DNA of 338 nucleotides from Escherichia coli (GTDB lineage Bacteria; Pseudomonadota; Gammaproteobacteria; Enterobacterales; Enterobacteriaceae): NCBI RefSeq assembly GCF_003334305.1, contig NZ_QOWS01000084.1; one strand, 5' to 3'. Shown piece by piece: positions 1 to 338 of this stretch (position 1 is its first letter; each line of letters starts with the position of its first letter). The notes under the pieces were generated by a model. It saw only the letters and a program-made list of their open reading frames with translations, ran no database searches and was not told where the DNA came from. The position numbers and the translations under genes were made by a program.

Positions 1-338
1 GTCTCCCGCCCCTGCGCATCCTTCTGACTGACCAGTTGCCCACGCGGGTTATAACTGCTGTAAGTGCTGATGCCTTCTTCCCGGTGAACGGCGATTTGTT
101 GACCGTACCGGTCATACTCATACCGCGTCGTGTACCCCGAGCAGTCCGTGAAGGCCAGCAGCTGACCGTAACGGCTCCATGCCATCTGTTTTGTACTGCC
201 CGTCGCATCCTCTATCCCTGTCGGCAGCTCACTCGCCGGGTCATCATAGCTGTACCGCATCGTCTCACCGCTGCGCGAGGTCTCCGCCGTCAGCCTTCCC
301 TTCTCATCATACTCCCGGCTGCTGCGAAGCCCGTCCGG
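1..338 (-). CDS. Internal fragment of an Rhs-family / YD-repeat protein core (polymorphic toxin scaffold); partial at both ends
   Basis: Minus-strand frame with codons at + 338..3 has no stop in 112 codons; the other two minus frames were not translated. Translation contains the YD-repeat signatures REYDEKGRL, RYSYDDP, RYEYDRYGQQI and YSSYNPRGQL at regular spacing. G-rich coding strand (hand count on + strand: C=123, G=82) and Arg/Gly/Tyr/Asp/Thr-rich composition fit Rhs cores. In-frame ATGs (+ 258-260 and 183-185) are internal Met codons with YD repeats on both sides, not starts. Paralog cannot be assigned from 338 bp, so no gene symbol is given. Confidence 0.9.
30..317 (-). repeat. Five consecutive protein-level YD (RHS) repeat units, period about 63-69 nt
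   Basis: Repeat cores on + strand coordinates (read on minus strand): 288-317 REYDEKGRLT; 222-257 RYSYDDPASELP; 150-179 WSRYGQLLAF (degenerate, W in the aromatic position, no D); 90-125 RYEYDRYGQQIA; 30-65 TYSSYNPRGQLV (N in place of D). Aromatic anchor residues fall at protein positions 10, 31, 54, 75, 96, i.e. spacings of 21, 23, 21, 21 residues. Similarity is at the amino-acid motif level; the nucleotide sequences of the units are divergent. Confidence 0.75.

Noticed and set aside
101-113. Short inverted repeat gaccg-tac-cggtc
   Set aside because: Only a 5-bp stem with a 3-nt loop, no following T-tract, and it sits inside the coding frame (encodes DRYGQ on the minus strand). Too short to be significant; not a terminator or operator.
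183-260. In-frame ATG codons on the minus strand (+ 258-260 and + 183-185) as possible translation starts
   Set aside because: The frame is open and carries YD repeats upstream of both; no ribosome-binding site at proper spacing (GGTGAG lies only 3 nt before the first ATG, nothing before the second). They are internal methionines.
30-317. Periodic 63-bp structure as a possible CRISPR array or DNA tandem repeat
   Set aside because: The periodicity is in the encoded amino-acid motifs only; the nucleotide sequences of the units are divergent, with no conserved direct repeats separated by unique spacers.
3-338. A completely stop-free reading frame on the + strand (frame 3, codons 3-5 ... 336-338, 112 codons)
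   Set aside because: It is codon-for-codon antiparallel to the minus-strand Rhs frame, a classic shadow ORF: it stays open only because the sense strand does not use TTA, CTA or TCA codons. Its translation has no recognisable motifs, whereas the minus frame gives textbook YD repeats. A gene caller might still call it.
1-338. RNA genes, promoters, or mobile-element termini
   Set aside because: No AT-rich -10/-35-like region, no intergenic sequence at all, and no terminal inverted repeats; the window is continuous coding sequence.

Overview
The whole 338-bp window is protein-coding on the minus strand and is an internal fragment of an Rhs-family (YD-repeat) protein core. One frame is stop-free across the window (codons at + strand 338 down to 3; 112 complete codons plus a 2-nt partial codon at 2..1), with no start or stop inside, so the gene continues past both edges. 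Hand translation, N to C: PDGLRSSREYDEKGRLTAETSRSGETMRYSYDDPASELPTGIEDATGSTKQMAWSRYGQLLAFTDCSGYTTRYEYDRYGQQIAVHREEGISTYSSYNPRGQLVSQKDAQGRE(T). It carries five consecutive YD-type repeat units at roughly 21-23 residue spacing. I could not run a database search, so the family call rests on motif recognition. I see no RNA gene, promoter, terminator, CRISPR array or mobile-element terminus. Nothing in the window itself looks novel; the variable C-terminal toxin tip and immunity gene that make Rhs loci interesting would lie beyond the low-coordinate edge.
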